Below, piece by piece: positions 15,001 through 20,175 of a DNA stretch of 34,272 bases (position 1 is its first letter; each line of letters starts with the position of its first letter). A model generated the notes under the pieces. The model saw nothing but the letters and a program-made list of their open reading frames with translations, made no database searches and was not told the DNA's origin. This DNA is from an uncultured Clostridia bacterium. Lineage in GTDB: Bacteria; Bacillota; Clostridia; Christensenellales; UBA1242. The stretch is taken from contig CALVTF010000002.1 in NCBI GenBank assembly GCA_944360025.1, forward strand, positions 1 to 34,272, written 5' to 3'. A program made the translations under genes and the position numbers.

Positions 15001-16389
15001 GTTGACGTAATCCTCTATGGTGGAGATATGGAATATGAGATTCGACAAGTCACAGATGACGGCGTAGCAAGAACGCTTATTAGTGAGGGATACGTTGATA
15101 CAACGCGTGAATTTACTTTGGTGGCTCTAGATTCTGATGGATACACCTTCCAATATTGGATTAATGTTTCAAACAATATGAGATATACAACTCCAGAAGT
15201 TACTTTGACGATAAATTCAAGCACAACCTTCTTCCTATATTGTCAAGGAAAGAGTGTGACACTGCGTTTCGACGAATACGACACAACAAATGGTCAAATT
15301 GTTATTCTTCAAATAGATTCTCGCTCAGGTGGGATTTCAGCAAGAAGTTTAGGAAGTTATAATAATGGTACGTTTGTTAAAACTGTGACAAGTCTTTCTG
15401 TCCGAGTGGGGGATACTTTAACTTTCTTAACAAGCATTGACTTTGGTTATGGTGCAGAGTGGAATATAGATGGCGTTGAACTTTTAAATATAGATGAAAA
15501 GTATTATTACTTTACGCTCACTATAGATGAAAGTTTTGCAAGTCAAGTTATTCAAGTTATACCAACCTTCTCAGGAGAAAGTGTGGCATTCTATATTAGA
15601 CAAGACTTTGAGTCTGAGGATTATCTTGAAAATGCTACTGACAACAACAATGCTTCTAATGCCGGTTACTTTGCTTATGGCGGGGAAACAGTTAGTGTTA
15701 TTATTGATAGTATTTTCGTTGATATTAACATAAATGCGATTGTTAATATGAGATACGCTATAAAAGAAGTTAACATTTTATCTAATAGAGGGAATGGTAT
15801 AAATGTTACAGAGAATTATAATAGTGCGACAAATACTATAACTTTCACTTCGGAATTTTTAACAGAAAATCAAATTGCAGGCACATTAATTCTAGAAGTT
15901 ATCTACGAAAGATTGTATTTTGGAGTTTTGGGTGATTACACTGAAAACGGCAATGGTACCGAAGATAATCCTTACATTATTGCGAGCGTTGATGATTTAA
16001 CATATTATATGGAAAAGATTAATGAAGGCGCTTATAACTTAGACGGTTTAAAATATTCAGAGGCAAATTATCGACTTACAGAAAGTCTCAATTTAGGTGA
16101 AAAATTCTGGACTCCTATTGGAACAGAAGAAAATCCGTTTAATGGAACATTTAATTTCAACGGATACACAATAACGTCCGTTTATCTTGCAAGAATTTAT
16201 GATTCAACAAGTTATGGAGGACTGTTTGGTGTGCTTGGAGAAAATGCCACAATTATAATATCTACACAAGACCTTTGGTATGTCTTTGTGATTGTGGGAG
16301 TTGGCGGTCTTTTAATTATTCTTCTTGTGGCTCTTCTTATTTGGAATAAGAAAAAGAAGAAACAAAGAGAAGAATTAGAGCGAAGATAG
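1..16389 (+). CDS. Giant cell-surface adhesin-like protein, 5'-truncated by the window edge (>5,462 aa in window), with MBG/YDG-type modules, Listeria-Bacteroides (Flg_new-like) repeats, a GLUG-like segment and a C-terminal TM anchor
   Basis: Frame 1 has no stop from nt 1 to the TAG at 16387-16389, so the TTG at 115 used by the ORF track is only the first start-like codon. YDG-type motifs: EYDGSDK near 7491, KVYDGTTF near 8680, KYYDGTRN near 10465, ITYDGLDH near 6493. Each is followed by ...NY.L....GTI.K... module ends. Listeria-Bacteroides-like G(Y/F)xFxGW/F...Y/LYAxW motifs: GYNFRGW near 3323, GFRFDGFY near 3709, GYYFSHW near 10882, GYNFVGWY near 11926, YNFGGYF near 14481. Composition is N/S/T/Y-rich. 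Confidence 0.9.
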   Translation, partial: YYKYSENSQTPKNYSWSDAIDSRTITGVEGLTANSSVLLNDLLDGSLSFNYNTSDVDAANENIQIVLTLKEGFAFDSYYKGESDTLDSFLYKYSGFINNEEGDSRNEDYTEKFGFSSLNFGQDSSASEQGQYVSKNQITISLGRIVGEGTLNLGVRRNSYTENIVVDNEIYFAPTLSQVISTATNIQILNTENNFVTFSSISSECFNVLSGKENFYMGVNLFDEYFIFTSDEYEMGVIPENIINDVERNNEDNKLSSGEMIIRIQDSYGVYHYYLIQLETIDGIRHQTIYNISGNSGMPTFDSDSYIINDRVVAMTEGVVPFETGDVNNSTSATPEVPNGSSGYYIDYYTNSSTGLIFSTENDEAEIVQYQGAPKYLRYADTNENGNYDDNEELRKIFYNLARPNDYNGTTLESYLGDSNTIDYLEIAQVKTTISFDFKFVTKDGNLLTDISDAANLPQIDIVYGSNEEQLGQSSNTRGVDLNINTYTYITFTVRNTDYYMFSHRDFGNLPTVGKVLENQSVDSGSYNLQGYDEATLFVTPISNGQYSDNIINPDPEEGEDTEIPYEPGSDANAYFSYVNHEGENSSEWFKYNYTFTMNFPTANLLPVDFDIMFVVEEIDYNISVSSAYQVTNSSESYFTDTTNPTTILIEREDAQSIKAGDSFTISTNTQSDNGYSFYGFRIQRTDSNGENYESTFASFPPATHNQSGEAVVEMSMTEFLSYYKNGFTKNGSSNVEYEYSIQALYVSKYVSYQVTFGRFLISDYNGMGTDKFYMTSGSGIGSVSAGANGSVSAPALFGRFYYHSDGSEGVEDTYTQLENGSFNFTLSQTNFYAFTGYAILTQDDYSNLNNSLIDKNDFDNSKLQDSLNEVDSETSLTVNGSDIVAYLRDKISQGGYEDTIFYIVPIIRQKTLEVKINSGVNDENVEVYYRNNIIPDLETTDRVITLKFYYVNSLSLNFSNNYLIGQNESLNQVINNNYILIISNMEGLTSRNYITLNDFFNLRVGYTSQSWRVIANSSQSTVSSNHSLRNYFVAENSSEGDSDYAITVERNWTPNNFSIYYYSGDSRYNTILGNNIYGNATGTTVSDSATYDEPKSLASDSNGFSLAGYNFRGWRVFVRTASGNNGVNYSQYKDYLISETSGLVENADMTNYITGTSQILDETNYGLSLEVYALWTPKVYNIILDANGGTFNIDNEESDTLTLQLTYYEPFSTATLNGVVLSDLGIFNGNNITRSGFRFDGFYVADIGNNSYNSISARGESNHITLDRRLQYDILSFVEAGENNVCLTIYATWAYDEVIALTFQNAVSHDYTGDKISVFTYEFSTFTSTNLLVTNTESTFELIYGVDGQSRDYGIGVDLSFSSENSSIAINMPTEDDGVWSFEVGENAGQYVLILSVVLTDELSEIYNLGNFYNYSTYLTIVINQATISFEPSTDNSIWLQNIKYMVSLVGSSEEVELYNGFATFADLVSYLSSSEGYNFTDEQAYEYLFMKYYMIINTKTSDIHTFRNWTFNDYFSYYEGRYYFGGDENIDLTGASSVRQERAQLLGENLFLFSYVHGANSGNDLTDNILAGGENARYSVNSILLNSDSAGGVIASEIAITSIAIYSIGNTIPNYSYEVRAYIQETESGKLNNYVVNQDSLGNFYIVLDDAYMLVQVLKLENNSLARSTYYNGEIATVSWAGSEQESRLLYDGTTFYQFNSESDIYVNLNITTSNIGSADHDTIYNFYDETNYFNISNLRIVSFTGNSEYDYINYISYFNLILDESFEFTIFNVVDTARINLTPTYYTESDGVIRNIDFPADLTANLENGLFSILGFTYSIDSASTQTYSVVDESGNSIPLPDGQYFTDDDILLFTMEDNNSSSPIFYTSAAVVSVNIRINQAIFNSYIRYYNILNSLPNDLPGSYSSTTEYILTLKTKNDDGIFQNEIVYEDGAITDLSYYGVFSDLVRVSYDMNLPNVEEENSNLLQLGQSTESSLLTLTYSNLVVSDLRYTLPDGTELSYTNLFDSVSNVFVGADRNNPHNPITLRAYWQIDEISLITNQTEFNYAVGTVNSFSAYNVGSMENEESEFFNYVYEIYKGETLIVSNSNFYLLALNFENGGTNLDNGTYTLRFTVTIKDNYTYILDLEQNNNTSVSASLDFDINFFRNRLTNIEFITSNSEITYDGLDHTNSFSIRLSYQIYDTSIGDYSVVTTTQSYQYGESSVLSISITKDGEIVSALSNAGTYLIKATINENYFDFDKSVFNTEFEFIINRYNIDLSTYDLNRTKNFNAVDTEIASSFRIANQSVTFNLYRNQVDGSYPEDIGEYDLYLTSFTSLNNNNFTISYGNIELFDGTLYLDSCLTTPVGTFTITKTGDLRLYWQVTDDISNTIAVDYDINGYSVSILDGNVLVISNGETVESLALVVYDIVQGQVISRQNILSIITPLLNDIDIMLSNFGSEVDTAFNSANYSFNVKVDENDEILNYFNNVVFSQDYTLQILPQTLNVDNFTFSKEYDGSDKIYLDLDNQLIEDIDTHQGLYIEGTYADVHAGDNIMLQVSLNTTETASNNLQNYQLSTNSTYGTIEKRKANINFSISYLPGKNEFNYGDLLNNNLVDLIDFEVVDGEENLNELFLNSYYTLNYSLAPQSGGNIQTNALGFIYAGTYILNIDGDYQDFDLTENEVIVQVLPYNFELDIEEGFINVTAIDTVYSFYQQSLYLETTGDTFQVNFYTPNSIWNTVATPGDYNLSLNEENDLYENVYYNGNINLVINPSNLGFKVGSYEGTLYLEIEDESILERPYNALKYTITADENTFIITVENEDDSYTVESDFIFLRYDSGSGQLVPVSDLTFDSIEITSQGTNEFTSVGSYRLNLSATAQGYTNVAFRENYNFVISPREISVSEGMFDKVYDGTTFKEVTITEGVLEGDNVIVRGVYSDANAGTNKTVRLTLAGDSSRNYTLTTASTLGTISKKDATISLVQNSFQYGEISANSNLSFEVSYQDEQGEKVYVSSGLYSITNQTIDFEGSGYLPYSENAYTVNIVVESQNYNITPSSLTFNIEKRRLDFTFNSPGVYMASYGSTETLSNTFIRSYTTSYGDTIEIEFVRNNGTAIAYYHITGASISGTSEASDNYYIGTVTDNVGAYRIVSSGNRIYLLASDESEITDLNEGISLEFQYDGNIYDRVSLNVNLEDSNYILRIYNSVDFDIYQEFILNLYSYNEGSDSYTRLTSVFDATITAQSFSISELIQNSGSFYIYNSDATSSNFTVKLGKNNSLFAFQVNVLKRQVYFKQNVIERQFDNQNAIVYYENANDILTNIINGENFSLNITFYDALGSVAKYVGDNYRLDGEIIGNNNYQLVFTLSDLATPVTGKINPAPIRVMINNQTATYGDANTYNGAVVIEYQFNSETINLDEYEKLDEMQMIIELITSDNGSVSYSSTNFLNAGTYSMQYRGLTTDDFYIDTNGFVCNGISGSNLVSTFTVVPKSLNILQTEENLQTIFTKYYDGTRNANIFDENNLLRFDYNGKVEGDDVAVEKGEYLSQDVGTNIEVTFTLTGQDAQNYVLTPYTSGVINAITISLKFNKGGATEEENNNIYSNVDTAGLKTIEKLNYPFAYSDSLTSNSQDSDTTRAANFPSTLSGREGYYFSHWSLDFEVIENSNEYSYLNGLGNEFNLSTSYANGKFSFIVGNNRNTINLLNRLLNDESNNYFGLYFLGQENIEITFNAVWSSESYDVTVSTLKDGLLTTDYANVFVNDFEMPTATYFSAFAYGSTLTIRIDLDEHIKVARFYNRLTGEDYVVSDNISISTTYDDESNKSETTFVVNSLTNDMNIAIEYTYKNVSVTLDLTNSIGTTFEDDRFREYSVGRYLWETTYDEIEDLMVSTLPTLTSVGNVLTGYTFSLSNLGTATTTVSVDAFSSSPLANFVYASGNDYEIVYTPNFRGYDVSVVLNLNYDENYQNDDLDDKAEIVVPYQAKFNTSQDWIETPLRTGYNFVGWYVSADSETAITGESVVESTSEIVLYARWQIQQNTVYLTFEDMMLNSAQIDGENVNYNVSGTNYVFENLTYNTTLVLEFTLNSGFNIGSVQYHYLDGEDNIVSTFRTEGNIGIVEFNIPAQPEVYLEVLSGLNQNVITILGDHIVQITAKDNEGSDIEVSENSFIVETNTNVIIEVMLEKGYIFTDTSLTSNFNVTYDEERNVVTIELYNINSSQNIEIRTRERLNRITVIFENPSHNLQFVVNNIITTENVFEVNTGDSFAFYTNIQHGYTIDEISSTVLDTNVDISRVNDSSSLYDRYFYVEISNIYSDTTFTIKTAKDFFTVNIEIVSFDENGQEVPLTNNAAFVNGETSVTLEFESEVTLSAYAVEDYGFAGFSLNRDNLNLFSSDNPTLYVIEDNVTIYAVFSKLRYELTFVTYNYYQLNSASGSEEERYEMLYEQIFYSDESRTQNVNQATLYYGSSLTLYLTIPNGYNYYGFGFYEINNVDRNYIVRDEVTEDRNVEIYISYTEFVDQNSRNFVVFVSLNPIEVGINVSSMLDYDGIYEEDKIAGNISLVNANGESVNEYGYVAGTNNHYSSDSFNGQLINVRDFTVISYTNSSIYLKIYAERDGYYFTNVTASANITVNSLGRFDDGGQAYYLYQFAGFVGGNSIDIQVFFKAEKKIISYNFVNENLEIVSGGNLYFKTDNSNSYKVWSDGTNFASMKVTSFIDTNYTVVAYVRLGFMIDESASFITYDNSVVTLSDITFEQVLAENSYYTYIITFNVSGYMDNTQISINLIPQTYTVLLRDTTLDEDEQSDILLEIRNVKFHELLDLSETNSENLIFNEELFSFKGGYLDIVQAKDDYNFGGYFTNENGQGTQYINALGQATLNFMETGYILDEGNNRFVLSENAQIIDGQVVISLYLYWIYLKTQLTFEIIPDIIVNVDALDIVQGINEYNSWFSENSPLYLEVAFDTNVTFTAPELSGYSFYRFVIRQRDANGNWLTDVVSFQDSVPWSTNEFDRIVEVQVQIYYFAKVDVILYGGDMEYEIRQVTDDGVARTLISEGYVDTTREFTLVALDSDGYTFQYWINVSNNMRYTTPEVTLTINSSTTFFLYCQGKSVTLRFDEYDTTNGQIVILQIDSRSGGISARSLGSYNNGTFVKTVTSLSVRVGDTLTFLTSIDFGYGAEWNIDGVELLNIDEKYYYFTLTIDESFASQVIQVIPTFSGESVAFYIRQDFESEDYLENATDNNNASNAGYFAYGGETVSVIIDSIFVDININAIVNMRYAIKEVNILSNRGNGINVTENYNSATNTITFTSEFLTENQIAGTLILEVIYERLYFGVLGDYTENGNGTEDNPYIIASVDDLTYYMEKINEGAYNLDGLKYSEANYRLTESLNLGEKFWTPIGTEENPFNGTFNFNGYTITSVYLARIYDSTSYGGLFGVLGENATIIISTQDLWYVFVIVGVGGLLIILLVALLIWNKKKKKQREELERR
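6430..10700 (+). repeat. Array of roughly ten diverged MBG/YDG-like protein modules inside the giant CDS (boundaries approximate)
   Basis: Module ends recur at about 80-100 aa spacing: NYQLSTNSTYGTIEKRKANI, NYTLTTASTLGTISKKDATI, NYNITPSSLTFNIEKRRLDF, NYQLVFTLS..TGKINPAPIRV, NYVLTPYTSGVINAITISL. Several are preceded by the (K/E)xYDG(T/S) motif. Similarity is at protein level only. I saw no long near-identical DNA repeats. Confidence 0.5.
16273..16344 (+). other. C-terminal transmembrane helix of the giant protein, followed by a Lys-rich cytoplasmic tail
   Basis: LWYVFVIVGVGGLLIILLVALLIW is followed by NKKKKKQREELERR and the stop. No LPXTG-like motif precedes it. Confidence 0.7.
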
Positions 16390-16397
16390 AGGAAGTT

Positions 16398-16452
16398 AAA
16401 TTTTTAACATGTTAAAAATTTGAAAACTTTGTTTTCGCACGCATTAGCGTGC
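16398..16452 (+). terminator. Three adjacent hairpins in the 3' UTR of the giant gene (possible terminator or stabiliser)
   Basis: Perfect 24-nt palindrome AAATTTTTAACATGTTAAAAATTT (16398-16421). GAAAAC-TTT-GTTTTC (16422-16436). GCACGC-ATTA-GCGTGC (16437-16452). No clean U-run directly follows, so the terminator call is weak. Confidence 0.35.
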
Positions 16453-16552
16453 AACTTCCTCGTGGTGCTTTAGTTTTATCCATAAGAATACTACTTTTAA
16501 AGATTTGAATTAAAATAAGCCTTAATAAATATAATAAAACAAGGAGGGCATT

Positions 16553-17314
16553 ATGTCCATTTACCTTGTTTTATTTTTTATGGGGCTTGTCCAAGGGTTG
16601 ACCGAATTTTTACCGGTCAGTTCAAGTGGGCATTTGGTGCTGTTGTCCAAACTTTTTAATATTGAAGAAAGTTTGTTTATAAGTATTCTCCTTCACCTAG
16701 CCACACTTTTATCTATAGTTGTCGTTTTTTATAAAGATATTTGGGGACTTATTCGTCATCCATTTTCAAAAAAAACGATTACTCTTGTTCTTGCCACAAT
16801 TCCAACTTGTATTATTGTATTAATTTTAATGCCATTAATTAAGTCCTCATTTAATGGATTATTGCTTCCTTTGTGTTTTATAATTTCCGCTATTCTTTTA
16901 TTTTCGACCGAATATCTTACAAAAAAGAAGGTTGGAAGAGCGGTAGATAATAAAATAGCAGTTATCATGGGAATTGCTCAAGGCTTTGCTGTTTTTCCGG
17001 GTATCTCACGTTCTGGAACGACAATATGTGCAGGGCTTCTTGCGGATGGAGATAAAAAAGATACCACCAAATTTTCTTTTCTTATGAGTATTCCAATAAT
17101 CTTGCTTTCTATGGTAATGGAAATATATGAAATTTGTGTTGGCAATATAGAAATTAATTTTCCAATAGTAAGTATAATTATAGCGTTTATTATTGCTTTC
17201 TTAAGTGGAATTTTTGCTATTAAGTCTATGATGAAACTTACCGAAAAAGCCAATTTAAAATGGTTTGCTCTTTATCTTGTATTACTTGGTTTTACCACAT
17301 TCTTTATAGTTTAA
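16553..17314 (+). CDS. uppP: Undecaprenyl-diphosphate phosphatase (UppP/BacA)
   Basis: SD AAGGAGGG 16542-16549 before the ATG at 16553. Signature motifs EFLPVSSSGHL and PGISRSGTTI. Polytopic membrane protein of 253 aa. Confidence 0.95.
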   Translation: MSIYLVLFFMGLVQGLTEFLPVSSSGHLVLLSKLFNIEESLFISILLHLATLLSIVVVFYKDIWGLIRHPFSKKTITLVLATIPTCIIVLILMPLIKSSFNGLLLPLCFIISAILLFSTEYLTKKKVGRAVDNKIAVIMGIAQGFAVFPGISRSGTTICAGLLADGDKKDTTKFSFLMSIPIILLSMVMEIYEICVGNIEINFPIVSIIIAFIIAFLSGIFAIKSMMKLTEKANLKWFALYLVLLGFTTFFIV

Positions 17315-17367
17315 AATCTTAAAAAAATCGAGAAAATAAATATAAAAAAATCATAAATTAAATCTTG

Positions 17368-17391
17368 TCCTTGTATATTTAATTACAAGGA
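17368..17391 (+). promoter_or_regulatory. Hairpin that base-pairs the SD of the ATPase gene
   Basis: TCCTTGTA (17368-17375) is the exact reverse complement of TACAAGGA (17384-17391), with an 8-nt loop. The 3' arm covers the first 5 nt of SD AAGGAG (17387-17392). ATG at 17397. Confidence 0.25.
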
Positions 17392-17396
17392 GAATT

Positions 17397-20000
17397 ATGG
17401 AATTTTATAAACAATCAATAGAAGAAAGTTTAAATTATTTTTCTTCGAATAAAAATGGACTTTCTTATAGTGAAGTTAATTCGCGAGTTAAAGAAAGTTG
17501 TGAATTTGCCATAAAAAAAGCAAAGAAAAGTAATCTTTTCATAAAATTTTTAGCACAACTAAAAGAATTAATGGTGTTAATTCTTCTTATTTCCGCTATT
17601 ATTTCAATTATTATAGGTATTGTTGAAAATTCCACAAGCGAAATTATAGATGGTGCTATTATTCTTGGAATAGTTATTATGAATGCCATTTTTGGAGTTT
17701 TTCAAGAGCATAAAACGGAAAAAGCGATTGAAAGCCTCAAAAAAATGACAGAAGCAGAAACTTTAGTTTTACGTGATGGAAAAGTAGAGAAAATTCCGAG
17801 TAGTAATTTGGTTTTTGGCGATATTGTGGTTTTAGAAGCAGGCTCAATCGTTCCTGCTGATTTAAGACTTATCGAAACAGTAAATTTTAAAGTTAATGAG
17901 GCTTCGCTAACCGGAGAAAGTGGTGGTGTAAGTAAAAATGCGGAAGTTGTATACGATAGGAATTTGCCGGTTGCGGAACGAAAAAACATGGCGTATTGCG
18001 GAAGCGTGGTGGAAAATGGCCATGCAAAAGGAGTGGTGGTAAGTTTAGGAAAAGCTACTGAATTTGGTAAAATTGCAGAAAGTATTAAGGAAACAAAAAA
18101 AGAACTTACACCTCTTCAAAAAGACATTCAATCTGTTGGCAAAATTCTGACTTATCTTATATTACTAATTGCAGGAATAACTTTTATTTTGGAAGTTGTG
18201 GCAAAACCTGATGAAATTTTGAATGCCTTTTTAACTTCAGTTGCCATCTCAGTGGCGGCAATTCCCGAAAGTATGCCCGCGGTAATCACAATCATTATGA
18301 GTTTAGGCATAGCGGAGTTAAGTAAACAAAAGGCTATTGTCAAGAAAATGCATGCTGTAGAAACACTCGGGTGTTGTGACGTTATTTGTTCAGACAAGAC
18401 AGGAACGATAACACAAAATAAAATGTCTGTGGAAGAAATTTATTGTAATTTTTCCAAGAAAAATAAAACCTTTAATTTATTTTTGAAAGATATGGTGCTA
18501 TGTAGTGATGCTCAGGTTGGCAAAAATGGTTATGTTGGTGACCCAACAGAAGTTGCACTTTTAAATTATGCTAAAAAAAATGGGGTTTTAAAAGAAGAAC
18601 TTTCATGTAAAAGGCTAAAAGAAAATTCTTTTACTTCAGCGAGAAAAATGATGGCAACTTTAAATGAAGTTGAAGGGAAAAAGATTTTGTTTGTAAAAGG
18701 TGCTTTGGACAGGATTTTAGAAAAATGCAGTTTTATAGCAAAAGATGATATAGTTTTGCCAATGAATGAGAAATATAAGAGGGAAATTTTAAAAGTTAAC
18801 TCGTCCATGTGCAAGGAAGCATTGAGGGTTTTGGCTTTTGCTTACAAGGAAAGTGAAGGGACAGAGGAAAACAATCTTATATTTTTAGGACTTTGTGGAA
18901 TGCAAGACCCACCTAGACTAGAAATATATGATGCCGTTGAGAAATGTCGTAAGGCAGGGATGCGACCAATAATGATTACTGGGGACTATAAGGATACGGC
19001 TTTTGCTATTGCAAAAAAAATAGGTATTGCAAAGAGTGAAAAAGAAGTAATGTCAGGAGAAGAGATAGACACATATAACGATGAAGAATTTTCTAAAGTT
19101 GTGGAAAAGATAAATGTTTTTGCAAGGGTTAGTCCAAGTCATAAGTCTCGCATTGTGGAAGCCTTAAAAAAGAATGGGCATAATGTGGCAATGACAGGAG
19201 ATGGTGTCAATGATGCTCCGAGCATGAAAAAGGCAAGCATAGGAATTGGTATGGGGAAAAGTGGAACAGACGTTACAAAAGAAGTCGCAGATTTAATTAT
19301 AACTGATGATAATTTTGCCACAATTGTTGTGGCTGTTGAGCAAGGAAGAAAAATCTATAGCAATATTCAAAAGACCATAAAATTTTTATTTTCTGCTAAC
19401 ATGGCAGAAATTCTTGCACTCTTTTTCTTGACTATCATGTATCCAAATCTAACTTTTCTTCTTCCTGTTCAAATTCTTTTTGTTAATCTTATTACCGATA
19501 GCCTTCCAGCAATCGCACTTGGTGTGGAAAAAGTGGAAAGTGGAGTAATGAATGAAAAACCACGTAATCAAAAGAGCGGACTGTTTTCTAATGGCGTTGG
19601 TGTAAGTATTTTTATATTAGGTGCAATACAAACAGTTTTAACACTAGCATCATATCTCATAGGTTTCTATTTATATAACGAAAGTGTAGCAATGACGATG
19701 GCGTTTTATACTTTAAACTTCATACAACTTTTCTATATGTTTACCGCTCGCTCTAAAGAGTCTTGTTTTAAATCAAATCCATTTAAAAATAAATTTTTCA
19801 CACTTTCAATGGTTGTTGGCTTTGGACTTTTATTAATAATAGCAACGACAGATTTTAAAAATTTATTAAAACTCACCTCTCTTGATTTATCTTGTTGGCT
19901 TATTGTTTTAACATTTTCTGTATCTATTATATTTATTGGCGAAATCTATAAAATTATTGAAAGAAAAATAATAAATAGAAAAAAGACTAAAAATATCTAA
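17397..20000 (+). CDS. P-type IIA cation-transporting ATPase (Ca2+-ATPase-like, YloB/SERCA-type)
   Basis: Motifs TGES (LTGESGGV), phosphorylation site DKTGTIT, hinge TGDGVNDAP, PESMPAV in the M4 position (the PEGL equivalent), about 10 TM segments, 867 aa. Confidence 0.93.
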   Translation: MEFYKQSIEESLNYFSSNKNGLSYSEVNSRVKESCEFAIKKAKKSNLFIKFLAQLKELMVLILLISAIISIIIGIVENSTSEIIDGAIILGIVIMNAIFGVFQEHKTEKAIESLKKMTEAETLVLRDGKVEKIPSSNLVFGDIVVLEAGSIVPADLRLIETVNFKVNEASLTGESGGVSKNAEVVYDRNLPVAERKNMAYCGSVVENGHAKGVVVSLGKATEFGKIAESIKETKKELTPLQKDIQSVGKILTYLILLIAGITFILEVVAKPDEILNAFLTSVAISVAAIPESMPAVITIIMSLGIAELSKQKAIVKKMHAVETLGCCDVICSDKTGTITQNKMSVEEIYCNFSKKNKTFNLFLKDMVLCSDAQVGKNGYVGDPTEVALLNYAKKNGVLKEELSCKRLKENSFTSARKMMATLNEVEGKKILFVKGALDRILEKCSFIAKDDIVLPMNEKYKREILKVNSSMCKEALRVLAFAYKESEGTEENNLIFLGLCGMQDPPRLEIYDAVEKCRKAGMRPIMITGDYKDTAFAIAKKIGIAKSEKEVMSGEEIDTYNDEEFSKVVEKINVFARVSPSHKSRIVEALKKNGHNVAMTGDGVNDAPSMKKASIGIGMGKSGTDVTKEVADLIITDDNFATIVVAVEQGRKIYSNIQKTIKFLFSANMAEILALFFLTIMYPNLTFLLPVQILFVNLITDSLPAIALGVEKVESGVMNEKPRNQKSGLFSNGVGVSIFILGAIQTVLTLASYLIGFYLYNESVAMTMAFYTLNFIQLFYMFTARSKESCFKSNPFKNKFFTLSMVVGFGLLLIIATTDFKNLLKLTSLDLSCWLIVLTFSVSIIFIGEIYKIIERKIINRKKTKNI

Positions 20001-20018
20001 AAATATCGCGAAAAAATG

Positions 20019-20048
20019 CATAAAAATTAATTTTTTATGTATTTTTTT
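20019..20048 (+). terminator. AT-rich hairpin plus T7 run downstream of the ATPase gene
   Basis: CATAAAAA (20019-20026) pairs with TTTTTATG (20032-20039), followed by TATTTTTTT. The stem has only one G:C pair, so it is weak. Confidence 0.4.
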
Positions 20049-20140
20049 ATTCTAAATTATTTAATTTTAGAATTTTATTATCAGAAATATTATTTATTTA
20101 GGTGCTTTATATTTAAAAATTTTAATTTTTATGCAAACTG

Positions 20141-20169
20141 TGGACATTTTAAAGGCAATGTGATAAAAT
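20141..20169 (+). promoter_or_regulatory. Extended -10 promoter directly abutting the holB start codon
   Basis: TGGACA (20141-20146), 17-nt spacer containing TG at 20161-20162, TAAAAT (20164-20169). The ATG at 20176 lies only 6 nt after the -10 and no SD is present. Confidence 0.45.
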
Positions 20170-20175
20170 ATTTAT

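Noticed and set aside
1055-15733. Eleven short ORFs (60-86 aa) nested inside the giant gene on both strands (for example 1055-1243, 3098-3358, 14677-14925, 15527-15733)
   Set aside because: All lie within an uninterrupted 16.4-kb frame with coherent domain motifs. They have low-complexity or odd composition, no SD sites and no recognisable motifs. They are typical shadow ORFs.
16756-19321. Antisense ORFs inside uppP and the P-type ATPase (16756-16968, 16978-17253, 17465-17689, 17702-17989, 18152-18397, 18566-18814, 19139-19321)
   Set aside because: The opposite strand encodes proteins with unambiguous family signatures. The antisense ORFs are artefacts of codon bias.
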